Part shown: positions 40,680 through 51,400 of the stretch, one piece after another
Layout: every line of letters starts with the position of its first letter
Position numbering within the stretch: position 1 is the first letter of the stretch
Assembly: GCF_033153115.1 (NCBI RefSeq)
Contig: NW_026889794.1
Coordinates: forward strand, 1,674,001-1,738,000
DNA from: Saccostrea echinata
Lineage: Eukaryota
DNA length: 64,000 nucleotides
Reading direction: 5' to 3'
Notes under the pieces: generated by a model
The model's input: only the letters and a program-made list of their open reading frames with translations
Database searches by the model: none
What the model was told of the DNA's origin: nothing
Position numbers and translations under genes: made by a program

Positions 40680-42726
40680 TTCCTTATGCCAAATGTTAAC
40701 TTAGGGTAATGGAACACAATGAGCTGTTCCTAGCACCTCGGGAAATATATTCTGAATACTGATATATTTCTAATAAGGTATTAAATTAAAATAACTGTAT
40801 ATTATTCCATTTTATAAAAGTTATATTAGAAATTGAGGCTCATCTCAGCAATTTATTGGTGTATTATATTCATAGATATTTATAACCTTCATGATATTGG
40901 ATAAAGCTGCCTCCATCTTGTCTGGATGGATAGCTGACAGGACGAAGATCATAGACACCACATCTACCGAGTCTTGAGGAATGGTCACACTCAGATCATC
41001 CTTTGTGATGTCACACTGGAAGGCAGAGCATCGAGTCGAGTCATACTCAGGATTGTCCTACATGAAATGTAATCCCACACATTTTAATCTTATATTTCAG
41101 AACTAAACACATGCATGTTTAAATGTACAGTTTTTTTGTTTTGTTTTGTTTTTTGTTTTTTTTTTTTTTTGGGGGGGGGGGTGTTTTTTGTTTTTTTGTT
41201 TTTGTTTTTTGGTTTTCTTTTAAATGAAACAATGTTAACATGAGCATTTTGCAAACTTTCACCAAAGATACACAAAAGAAAGATAACTCTTGCAGTTTTT
41301 CAGAAGTTTCTTTTTCACAGAGAGTTATCTCTCTTTGTTCATAAACCTCAGACTTTCAAAAGAGAATATTGTACAAACATCAAATCATATCAAATTTATG
41401 TCTATGAAATAAAAATGAAAGTTATTAAATAAGCATACATCAAGAGTAAAATTTCTACTTACATACCTGGAAAAACTTCATTAAATAGAATAAGTGATGA
41501 CAGAGAGAATAGGGATAAATAGTAGATCTATTTACTCTTATTTTGTATTTCAAAGTTGTTTACGTACAATATATAAATAGTACATGTTTGGGAGGGTAAA
41601 CAGTTGAAATTTACACTCCGAGAAAAAACTATAACTATCATCTTACACGTCAGCTTTATATATATGCATCTGACATTATCATTATTTGTTACCCAAGTGT
41701 GTTGCTAATGCTGAGGGAAACATTGAAAATTGGTAATGCTTCTAAACCATACGCATTCCCCATCTTAATTTGTAAATAAGAAATATAAATACTATCAACA
41801 TAACATTTATAGTGTAGTAGATATAAATTTTTATATTTACTAATTAAGCTGGGGAATGCCTATGTTCTAAACCAATCAGATTTCAGTATTTAACAAGAAA
41901 GTATCATAATTAAAAATACCTTCACAAACTGTACAGCTCTAGGAGAGAAATCACAGGCATAGAAGAAGAGAGATTTGTCCTCTTGTAGCAGTGGCCAGAT
42001 AAAGTTCCCCACCCCACAGCCTACCTCCAGTATTATCCTCTGACCTGTCTGTAAAAAGCAATACTGAGAATTATTGGATAAACAAAAACTCATTTCTCTG
42101 GATAGCATATTATTTGCAAGTATAAATATCATGGGTATCTGATTCTGCTGAATACACTAAAATCTGCATGATTATGCTATTGCACAAATACCATGATACT
42201 TTTTAAAATTTTGTGAATAAAAGAATTGAACATTGATATCAATAGTAATTTCTATGGAAAATTTCATATGTTACTCAACTCTGATACATGTAGCTATGAA
42301 TATTTTTGCCTTATATTTGCCTTATACCTCTGTTTCCAAGGCGCATAGATCATCAAACTCCCGCTTTGTCCAATGGCGGTCCTTAAAGAACTTTGTGGTG
42401 TTTCTCTTATAAAATAGATCCCAGTTTTTCTGAGCTTCTTTCTCAAGCTTGTTCTGTTTAAAATCGGACACACAGGTTACATCTTTTTTCAGTTTAGCAA
42501 TTTCCTCCGGTGTGAGAGTTCTAGCAGAGTGACCAAAATTCTCCTCGCAGTCATTGCTGGCTAACATCTCAGATTTGTCAACTTCTACTTTTGAGTCTGT
42601 GACTGTCATTTTCTTTAAATGAACATCTACAGAATCTGCTAATGAGTCGTCTACACTTTGCTCTGAATTATGAGATGAATTTTCATTTAACTCATTTCTT
42701 TCTCCTAAATTACACTTGTTATCCAT
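37437..42726 (-). CDS. METTL6: tRNA N3-methylcytidine (m3C) methyltransferase METTL6, about 333 aa; exons 42726-42328, 42048-41920, 41057-40887, 40012-39871, 37597-37437
   Basis: [36 protein letters not shown] (SAM motif I), [62 protein letters not shown]. All introns GT-AG with consistent phases. The ORF-track start at 42744 is a TTG; first ATG is 42726. Confidence 0.95.
38720..39262 (+). mobile_element. Helentron-associated (HINE-like) element in METTL6 intron
   Basis: 5' AACAAGAAACCCATGAGTCACAATGCTCACC; 3' (ACAG)n microsatellite then GGTGAGCTAAAAA (sub-TIR GCTCACC/GGTGAGC). Confidence 0.7.
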
Positions 42727-42801
42727 TTTATTTTGAGATGACAATTTTCCACAATTTTTTTTTCCTAGCCAAAAAATCTAAAAATATACTTGATCATTCA
42801 A

Positions 42802-43299
42802 TTAATGCCCAACATGAAGTAAAGGGACACAACTGCATCCAGTTACTTTGTTAAATTCCTTCAAGATCAATGATTCCTTTGCAAACATTTGCTCATACTG
42901 TTCCTTTGTTTCATGATCATAGCCAATCAGATGAGAGATACCATGGGTTACCATGACAGGGAGAACATTCTGTATCTTCTGGTTGTTATGACGACACTGT
43001 CGGTTAATGTACGGAATTCCCAGGTAGATATCCCCCAAGTCTAACACACCCTGAGTTGGAGCGGGGGGCAATTTTCCTGGTACAAGATCCTCGTAAAAAG
43101 GAAATGCTAAAACGTCTGTTGGTTGTCTTTTTCCTCTGTATTGAGTGTTTATTCTGGTAATCTCCCTGTCGTTTACACAGGTTACAGATAGGTCATAAGA
43201 TTCAACTCCAAACAGCTTACGCAGGAGGTTAATTTGGGATTTCAACAGGTGTGTGTCAAGGGAAACTACTCTTTGCAAATTTTCAAACAGCACAGACAT
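42802..43299 (-). CDS. YBEY: Endoribonuclease YbeY (UPF0054), 165 aa, intronless CDS
   Basis: N-x-x-YR..PTDVLAFP, LGDIYLG and the metal-binding HGISHLIGYDH motif; N-terminus MSVLFENLQR resembles metazoan YBEY. Acceptor TATTGCAG| at 43323 just upstream. Confidence 0.95.
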   Translation of the reverse strand: MSVLFENLQRVVSLDTHLLKSQINLLRKLFGVESYDLSVTCVNDREITRINTQYRGKRQPTDVLAFPFYEDLVPGKLPPAPTQGVLDLGDIYLGIPYINRQCRHNNQKIQNVLPVMVTHGISHLIGYDHETKEQYEQMFAKESLILKEFNKVTGCSCVPLLHVGH

Positions 43300-44009
43300 A
43301 CTCTTTCAAAATTTTTCATCACCTGCAATAGTTTAAATAAAATATGTATACATCTTTTCATTTATTACTATGATTTCAAATGTGAGATCAACATAAAGAA
43401 ATATCCTTTTCTGAAGAACTCTAAAATGGAGATTTACAATGTTTTATGCAGAAGTTATAATAGCTATTATATTCAGCAAAGAATATTCTCAAAGTCTATA
43501 TTCTCTACATAGAGAAACAGGCAATATAATTGATATTAGCTCAGGGGCTCCGAAAATACTGATGGTCAGATAATTTTTACTATTGACTGGCAAAGAGTTT
43601 TCCCACATTTCCCATCAAAATGTTTGGATAATAATCTGGCGATAGGCTTGCCTTACGCTTTTCCTGCTCAGATACACAGCTGGCTCTAGCTGTTACAACC
43701 ATTGTTTACATTATTTGAGGTGTCCTTGTGACATCACAATCACATGCGCTGACCCTCTGGTGAATACAGCTTTAAATTCAGTGAATATGTAATGTTAGTA
43801 CATTTATAAACCATTTATACAGCAAACTCGTGCCTATATTCACCAATATAAGTTCAATAACCCTGTATTTTCACATCCTTCCAATGACCCTACCAAGAGT
43901 TATTTGCTTAATGAGGTTTTCATTGTTAATTGCTAAACTTTTACTAGATTATACTTTTGTCTATAATAATTAATAATTTTAATTTTGTGTGAAAATCGAC
44001 ACATCTTAC

Positions 44010-44100
44010 CTAGCTACCACTACCCATCAAACATGTAAACAAGTGTCGTTGAGTGGTTGACAGATGACATTTTTTGTTTACAACATATTTATAGTCTTCT
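44010..44100 (-). promoter_or_regulatory. Candidate shared non-coding first exon/promoter of YBEY and METTL6
   Basis: Strong donor TAG|GTAAGA at 44010/44009; TGTTTACA motifs at about 44033-44040 and 44075-44082. A second candidate donor GC|GTAAGG lies at about 43657. Confidence 0.45.
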
Positions 44101-44802
44101 CCATTATGATTATTCAAAAAATGTAATCTCACATTTTCTAAACATAGATTAGCAAAAGAAATGGTGGACTGTTGGCTTATTATTGTTTTAATAAAGTTTT
44201 TTCGTACCTTGACAGTAGTTTTTCAATTTTAAACCTAATAGTTAAACCTAATAAGTAATGTACTGGTATACGTATGCATAATGATGGCCAGTGAAAAAAT
44301 CATGAAAAATACCTTAATTAATTTGAGATGTAATAATTGATTTGCAATACATGTATTATGTGTATTGATATATATTTGTACTTTTTTTTTAAAATGAAGA
44401 CTCGCAACCATCAAATTTTGAAAATTTTGAGATGATTTACAATAACGTCATATATTAATAGTTTATCCTTAGAACTTAAAGTTACAGGGAGATAAATAAT
44501 GGGGATAAATAGAAGTTTACCAAAAGATTCTTGTCAAAAGTGGTTAAAATTCAGTTTATAAAATAACATTTTAATTAGGGCCTAACTCGTAACAAGGGAC
44601 AAGCTGTAAGGAGAAAAAAAACTTACAAGTTGTTGAGTGTAACAGCTTTTCTTTTCGTCATGCTTACAGGAATGAAAATGAAAGTAAAAATAAATGCTAA
44701 AACCTACTGTGGAATGTCCGAGATAAAAATGTAAACAGTGGCCTGGTGTTAATATTTTATGTTTCTATAACCGCTGTTTTAGAGGTATCTTTTCGAAAAA
44801 TG

Positions 44803-44823
44803 TGGGTGGCCCTTAAAAGGGCC
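44803..44823 (-). terminator. Histone mRNA 3' stem-loop plus ACCCA
   Basis: GGCCCT-TTTA-AGGGCC (44823-44808), then ACCCA and a purine-rich downstream element (CGAAAAGA, about 44795-44788). Confidence 0.93.
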
Positions 44824-44849
44824 GTGGGGTTTATTCAGTGAACAGCTGC

Positions 44850-45659
44850 TCACTTAGCCTTTGCTGCTTTCTTTGCCTTCCTTGGGGAGCTGGGCCTTTT
44901 CCTTGCCTTGGATTTGGTTTTCTTAGGCGACTTCCTCGCTGCTTTGGGCTTCTTGGCTGCCTTGGCTTTCTTTGGTGACTTGGCCTTTCTTGCTTTCTTT
45001 ACTTTTTTGGCTGCTGCTTTCTTTGCCTTGGGTTTCTTTGCCTTTGGCTTCTTTGCTTTCTTGGGCTTCTTCGCTGCCGCCTTCTTCTTTGGCTTTTTAG
45101 CTGCCTTCTTCTTCTTGGGCGTTGCTGCAACTTTTCCTACTCTGAAACGTCCGCTTGCACCGTGGGCACTGGATCCTTTAGGCCGAACTAGGGCTCCTGA
45201 CTTAAGACCCTTAGCGAACGCGGCTTTCATTGCTGAAGACAGGTGTGTTGCACTCACCGATTTGTTGTTAGCCAAGATGTATTTTCTGATGGACTGGGCT
45301 GAGGATCCTTTGCGGTCCTTCATGGCAGTAATGGCCGCACACACCATGTTGAGAGTTGTTGGATGGGCCGCTTTCTTGGATGCTGCTCTGGGTTTTGATG
45401 CCTTCTTCTTTGGTGACTTCCTGGCCTTCTTAGCTTTTCTTGGGGATCCACTTCGACTGCGGCTTCTACTTCTGCTTCGGCTGCGACTGCGGCTACGGCT
45501 CCTGGACTTGGTCATCTTGGGGGCAGCTGGCTTTGCTGGTGCTGGAGATTTCTTCGCTACAGCTTTCTTAGGTGCTGCCTTCTTTGGAGATCGACTTCGG
45601 CTTCGGCTCCTAGACCTTGACTTAGACCGGGAACGGGAACGAGATCGGGATTTCGCCAT
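44850..45659 (-). CDS. Sperm-type protamine-like histone H1 (PL-I-like), 269 aa, intronless
   Basis: Two (RS)n blocks, H1/H5 winged-helix domain (HPTTLNMVCAAITAMKDRKGSSAQSIRKYI..GASGRFRV) and K/A/P-rich tail with SPKK motifs; histone stem-loop downstream. Sperm specificity is inferred from family resemblance. Confidence 0.9.
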   Translation of the reverse strand: MAKSRSRSRSRSKSRSRSRSRSRSPKKAAPKKAVAKKSPAPAKPAAPKMTKSRSRSRSRSRSRSRSRSRSGSPRKAKKARKSPKKKASKPRAASKKAAHPTTLNMVCAAITAMKDRKGSSAQSIRKYILANNKSVSATHLSSAMKAAFAKGLKSGALVRPKGSSAHGASGRFRVGKVAATPKKKKAAKKPKKKAAAKKPKKAKKPKAKKPKAKKAAAKKVKKARKAKSPKKAKAAKKPKAARKSPKKTKSKARKRPSSPRKAKKAAKAK

Positions 45660-45695
45660 ATTCTTACGAACTGACTGGTACTCTTGCTGGAACAA

Positions 45696-45745
45696 GAATG
45701 ACGCTCAAAGCTGGTGACGCGCTATTTATTGAGGTGTCACGGACG
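45696..45745 (-). promoter_or_regulatory. Histone-type core promoter of the PL-I-like gene
   Basis: TATA-like AATAAATA (45730-45723), cap motif TCATTC (45701-45696) about 25 nt downstream, GTCCG (H4-box-like) just upstream. Confidence 0.55.
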
Positions 45746-48459
45746 TAAAAGAGAGCACCCTTTACCCGGATGCTGGAATATCATGGCGGACTGCGAAAAT
45801 GGCATATTTGTGCTTTCTGTGTAAACGTTTTCGAGTTATTCTCTTCATGTGATTGCATTCTGGATTCCATTTACCCAACATATCATTGAGCTGACATTTG
45901 GAGATTATTTTAGAGTATTCATATTTTTTCTATTGCGATTTTATGACAAGTAAGCGGCTTTTTAGCGGGTGCTATGTAGGTCATCGTTACTGACATGTCT
46001 ACTTTTTATTCCAATTTCTCTTAAGGGTTACATAATATAAACAATTAAACTGCCGTATGCGTTTGTACACATGTATTTCTTCGTGTCTGGTGTAGAGTTT
46101 TGAAATTTAAACACTATAATTTATGAAATATTACAAATCTTTGATAACCAACTCAACCATTTTCAACTATCAGTAGCCGTTACTATATAGAACCATAACA
46201 ACAGCAATATCAGCTAGGCTGTATATTGATTATTATAATTATTAAATATAAAACTAAAATTCTATTTATCAAAAAAAAATATCATTAGAAAACAAAATTA
46301 TAAACACAAAAGAGCTTTTGAAAACTATTGTGGAAGCATATAGGCCTACATTTAGTGAACCGTTATAGGCTAAACTCCTGTCTAACAAAATTTAACGTTT
46401 TGTCAAACAATAAAAGATGAATAAAATATTTTGTTTATAAGATGAAATTATATATTTTACAACATTTAAGTAAACATTTCATGTAATGTTTTCTTATTTC
46501 ACACAACACTGGGTGACCGCCTGTTTGTGCAGACGAGAAGCCATGATTTTCATTAATCATATTCGTAACGAAAATTTGGTTTCAAAGTTAAATGTACATT
46601 ATAGAATGAAAATCATTAACAAAACTTTGCAGACACTACTAAACAAACTTGTTGAACTTTTTCTCCAATCATTTCTATTTTCATTGAAAATTATTCATAC
46701 ATACACACATGAATATTATCAAAAAAAAAAAACCTCTAATTTCAGTATTAGATCTTTTGGAACTCTAAATAAACATTGAAACTAATTTACTTTTCGGAAA
46801 AAAAGGAATGTTATGTCTATTTTATATGTCTATTTAAGGAAAATTTAAATAGAATATAAAGAACAATGGGCCTTTGAAATGATCATAGCCCCAATGTTTT
46901 GATTGCATTCTGTTAGTTGTTGGTGATGTCCCCACCTCATCCCTTCATTTTATATTTCTTCCTGTTTTCTACAGTGATAATATTCAATCAAATTATTGTA
47001 CTCTTCTCCCTCTCCCTGTATTTTTTTAATCACAATTCCGTATATTGTTAGGAGACATTTCCTAATAAGATAGATCTAGATAATTCCTGTGTCCCATAAT
47101 TTATCTTTAAAAAAAAACACACACTTGTTCCCATTTCTCCCTTACATTTTACCACATGATGATCAATACCCATGACTCTGCATATTTTTTTTTTAAAATA
47201 TTCATATGCATGCATGAATGTACATTTTTAGTACATAGCCTACATGTATTTATAAAACAAGACATTTCAGCCTGAGATGGCGGAAAACTAAAATGAATAT
47301 TGGAAATATGAGGGTACATCTATTAAAATATTTTCATGACCTTAGGAACCGGGAGGGGGTAACCCCCCCCCCCCTTCAATAATTTTGCCGATATATATAA
47401 TAGCTTAGTGTACTACATACATAAAAACATAACTACTTTAATAATTTAGCTTGTGTCACCCCTCAATAATAATGTCTGCATGATGACTTTTTTTTTGTGT
47501 TTGTCATTGAATTTTTGCTTGGCATCCCCCCTCCTCAACTGATATTGTTAGGGTACCCCCCCCCCCAACTGATATTGCTTCCTACAAGTCTGGTTTTGTT
47601 ATTTCCTATTTTGATAAGGAGAGGCTAGAGGGGCCGCGGGGTGATCTTTTTCTCAGAGGAATCTTGGATCACTGAACAATACTAATGTAATCTAGATACT
47701 TTAATTTTTTTTATTTACTCCAGAAAAGATAATATTTATGTTGAACAAGATAAAAAAAAAAAACAAACAAAAAACTACAACATGTATTCTGGCATTAATC
47801 TTTTGAACTTAGTGTTTGTTGCTTTTTCAATTTTTGTATGTGTTTTTTAAAAAAACATTTTATAAAATGCCAATCAGTGACTTTGATTCATTACATTTGA
47901 GGGTTAAAAATACACAGTACACTGAAATACATGTATATTCTATCCTGCTTTGAAAACGCATCTTTGCAGAAGATCTGCAAACTTTCGGTGTGTGTTGAGA
48001 TTTATTACTTCTTGAGTGCTACGGTAGTATTTTGATTTTAAATATTCTCACACTTTGCAGAAGCTAATTAAATAAAATTAATGCAATAAGTTGCAACAAA
48101 TTATCTTATTTTAATTATTTAAGCTGACTGCTATTAATAAGAGTTTTACATATTAAACATTATTACTTATAATTAAAAAATAATAAAATAAAAATTAAAA
48201 ATATCAGCTTAGAATTATAGATATTTTCATGCATAAACATAATCATAGGCGTACAGAGAAATATGTTTTTTATTAATTTTTTTTTAAATTTTTTTAAAAT
48301 AACTAAAATAATAAAATATATTTGATTTAACGAAAGACGGCTATTTTTAAACAATTTAATTATTTTTTTTTACTAAGTAGCAGTTAAAAGAAATAGATGC
48401 CTATTTGTGAATGCCTTCAGAACAAAAATAAATCGGGATCGGGAGGCTGTCAAAGCAGC

Positions 48460-51400
48460 ATGGAAGAGGTCAAGAAAGCAGCGTGTGACTTCATCGACAA
48501 ATATGCCAGTGAACTTCATCAGCTAAGCAAAAGCATATGGGAAAAGCCTGAGTTGGCGTACAGGGAACATTACGCGCACGATGTCATAGCGACATATCTC
48601 GAAAAACACGAGTTTACGGTGGAAAAACATTACAAACTTGACACGGCATTTCGTGCTGAATTTCCGACCCAAAACTCTAAAGACGGTCCCCGTGTCGCTG
48701 TACTTTGTGAGTATGATGCATTACCAGGGATTGGTCATGCTTGTGGTCACAATCTCATTGCAGAGGTGGGCGTGGCAGCTGGAATTGCCATAAAACATGC
48801 AATGACAAAATCTGGACAAGCCCTTGGTGGCCAGGTAACCTTTCACTACAAATTGTTCAACAGCGGGAGTAGCATTTTAAACATGTTAAAAGCAAATATT
48901 ATTGTTGTTGGCTAGAATTCTTTGTCACCCGCAGTTGCTAATCGATTGCCACTACTCTGTATTACAAACTGACTTAAAGAGTATAAGCACTTTACATCAT
49001 CATTCATCTGACAGCAGATTTGTCTACTATGTACAGTTCTACACAAGATAGTCATGATATTTGCAAGGGTTTATCAAATATAAAATGTTTTACCAGCTGT
49101 CAGTGATAGGAACTCCAGCTGAGGAGGGTCGCTGTGGGAAACATGACTTGATTACAGCAGGAGCCTTCACTTCAGTTGATGTAGCCATGATGGCTCACCC
49201 TTCACAGTACACACTAGCCCGTCCAAAGTATACATCCATGATTCCGTAAGTATGAGAAACATTATTGTATGGTTTGTTGAAATAATTCTAATGTACAGGT
49301 CCCCATATATCTATCTATTTGTCTACTGCTCTCTAAGATTGACAAATTAATGAATATAGATTTCATATTTTATATATATACAAAATTAAAGTGTGGCTAG
49401 GTAAACAATAAATGATCTTGGAACTTAAAGCTATCTTCCATAAAACATAATTTTATTTCAATAATTTTGAATCATTTTAGTGTGACTATCAAGTTCAGTG
49501 GTCAGGCAGCCCATTCAGCCTCTCACCCCTGGGAGGGACTCAATGCACTGGATGCAGCGGTCATGTGCTACAACAGTATATCTTGTCTCCGTCAGCAAAT
49601 GAAACCAACATGGAGAGTTCATGGTTAATATAATTCAGGTTCTTGTAATATCAGATTTTTCTCCATAAACTCAGTGCATAATACAACATATATTTTTTTT
49701 TTTTAAATGTTTTAAATTATAACTTTTTTCATAGGAAAGAGTATAAGTGTGAATGAAGCATGATGTCAAAAAAAAGAGGAAAAAAATCATAATCAAAAAC
49801 AGAGGGGAAAAGAGTATATATATTTAAGAAATATCTCAAAAGGTAGTTTCTTTGGTTGATGAGAGTATATCTGAAGCACATAGAAAATTGCATAAATGGG
49901 AGAGATATAGAGGAATTTAAAATTATTACAATGTGCATTAATCATGCATTTTTAATTCCATAAACCCCCAAGTTGTGAAGGTGTTTCTCTTGCTATCCAT
50001 TGCAGTTTTTTCAACATACAATCTTTGTACCCTCCATATATTTTTTTTAAAATATGTATCTGTTTTTTCTACATGAGGAAGAAGTTGATTAGTATGTCCT
50101 TCGATCAGCACCGACTATTGCTGCCTCGATCTTGTTGATGTATCAGGCATATGTTATGTGTTAATTAATTCAGATGTATGTTGCATTAATAATATTAATA
50201 ATGCACATGTTTACACTTTACACATGAAATATAACTAAATATGCAGATGTATCTTAAATAAATAGTAAAAAAAATATGTCTACATGTGAATCTTAAATTA
50301 TACCACCAATGTACTATATTTATAAACTGGAAGACTTACGATACTCTTTATTATCTAATGTCTGTTACTTTATCTATAATATTTTATATGTTTATGCCCA
50401 TTTGGGCCCTGATTTAGTAATGAATGCTATTCTATTTTATTCTATATAATTATACATTTTACACAGTTTTGAAAATTTTTTCCCCCAAATTTGACATTAA
50501 ACAATAATATGCAGCAAAAATGGTTTAAAAAAAAATATGTAAACAGTTTAGCATGCCTGCAAGAGAATGACATTACAGTGTCTTTACATCACACAGCATA
50601 AACAAATTTATACATATTCAGATCTCTTTGAATAGTCTTAAACATCAGTAAATTCAGATATTCATTATAAATCAAGTCATTTTAAGAGATTGAAATATAA
50701 TTATTTAAGTTGTCCTTGATTGCTTTTCTTAGGAGTAATTCGTAATGGAGGTGCAGAGCCAAACATAATACCCGAGGAAACGGAGATGGAATTCTTCCTG
50801 AGAACACCATCAGAAGCGGAACTGGAAGTCCTCAAGAAGAAGGTGATAGATTGTATCAATGGTGCTGCCCTCTGTACAGGGTGTCAGGTAAAACTTCAGA
50901 AGACTAGCTTCAACCACTGAATCCTGATTCCAGTCTTTTTTGTACTTTCCTAAGCAACTTTTAAAGACATCAGGCTCCGGGGTCATAAAACTAAGATGAG
51001 CTCACTTTTGATCTCAGTCTCACCTTTTCTGCTATTAATTCCTTTGGTAAAAGGGAGACTGAGATCAAAAGTGAGCTCGTCAAAATATTATGGCCCCGGA
51101 GCCAGGGCTGGGTCAGGGCTTACTTGCATATAAGTTGCTTTAGTTATAAGTCTGTCATATTTTTTTCAGATTATTTTGAAGAAATTTCCAATTGACCCTC
51201 ATATACATAGGTACAATTTCTTGCCAGAATCTGTTGCAAATTTTATGTCAATATTCTATTTGATTATATAGTCTATAAATAGTCCCTATATAATGTATAC
51301 AAATGCAAACATTTCATAATACAACATATTCACTGGATTTGAAGCCGTATTCACCGGAGGATCAGTGCATGTGCAGCTGCATTGTGATCTCACAATCAAT

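Noticed and set aside
42727-42804. Stop-readthrough YBEY-METTL6 fusion protein (the ORFs are in frame, 25 codons apart)
   Set aside because: A second in-frame stop (TAG, eighth spacer codon) follows the TAA.
44908-45717. 269-aa hydrophobic + strand ORF
   Set aside because: Antisense shadow of the K/A/R/S-rich PL-I codons; non-ATG start and no independent evidence.
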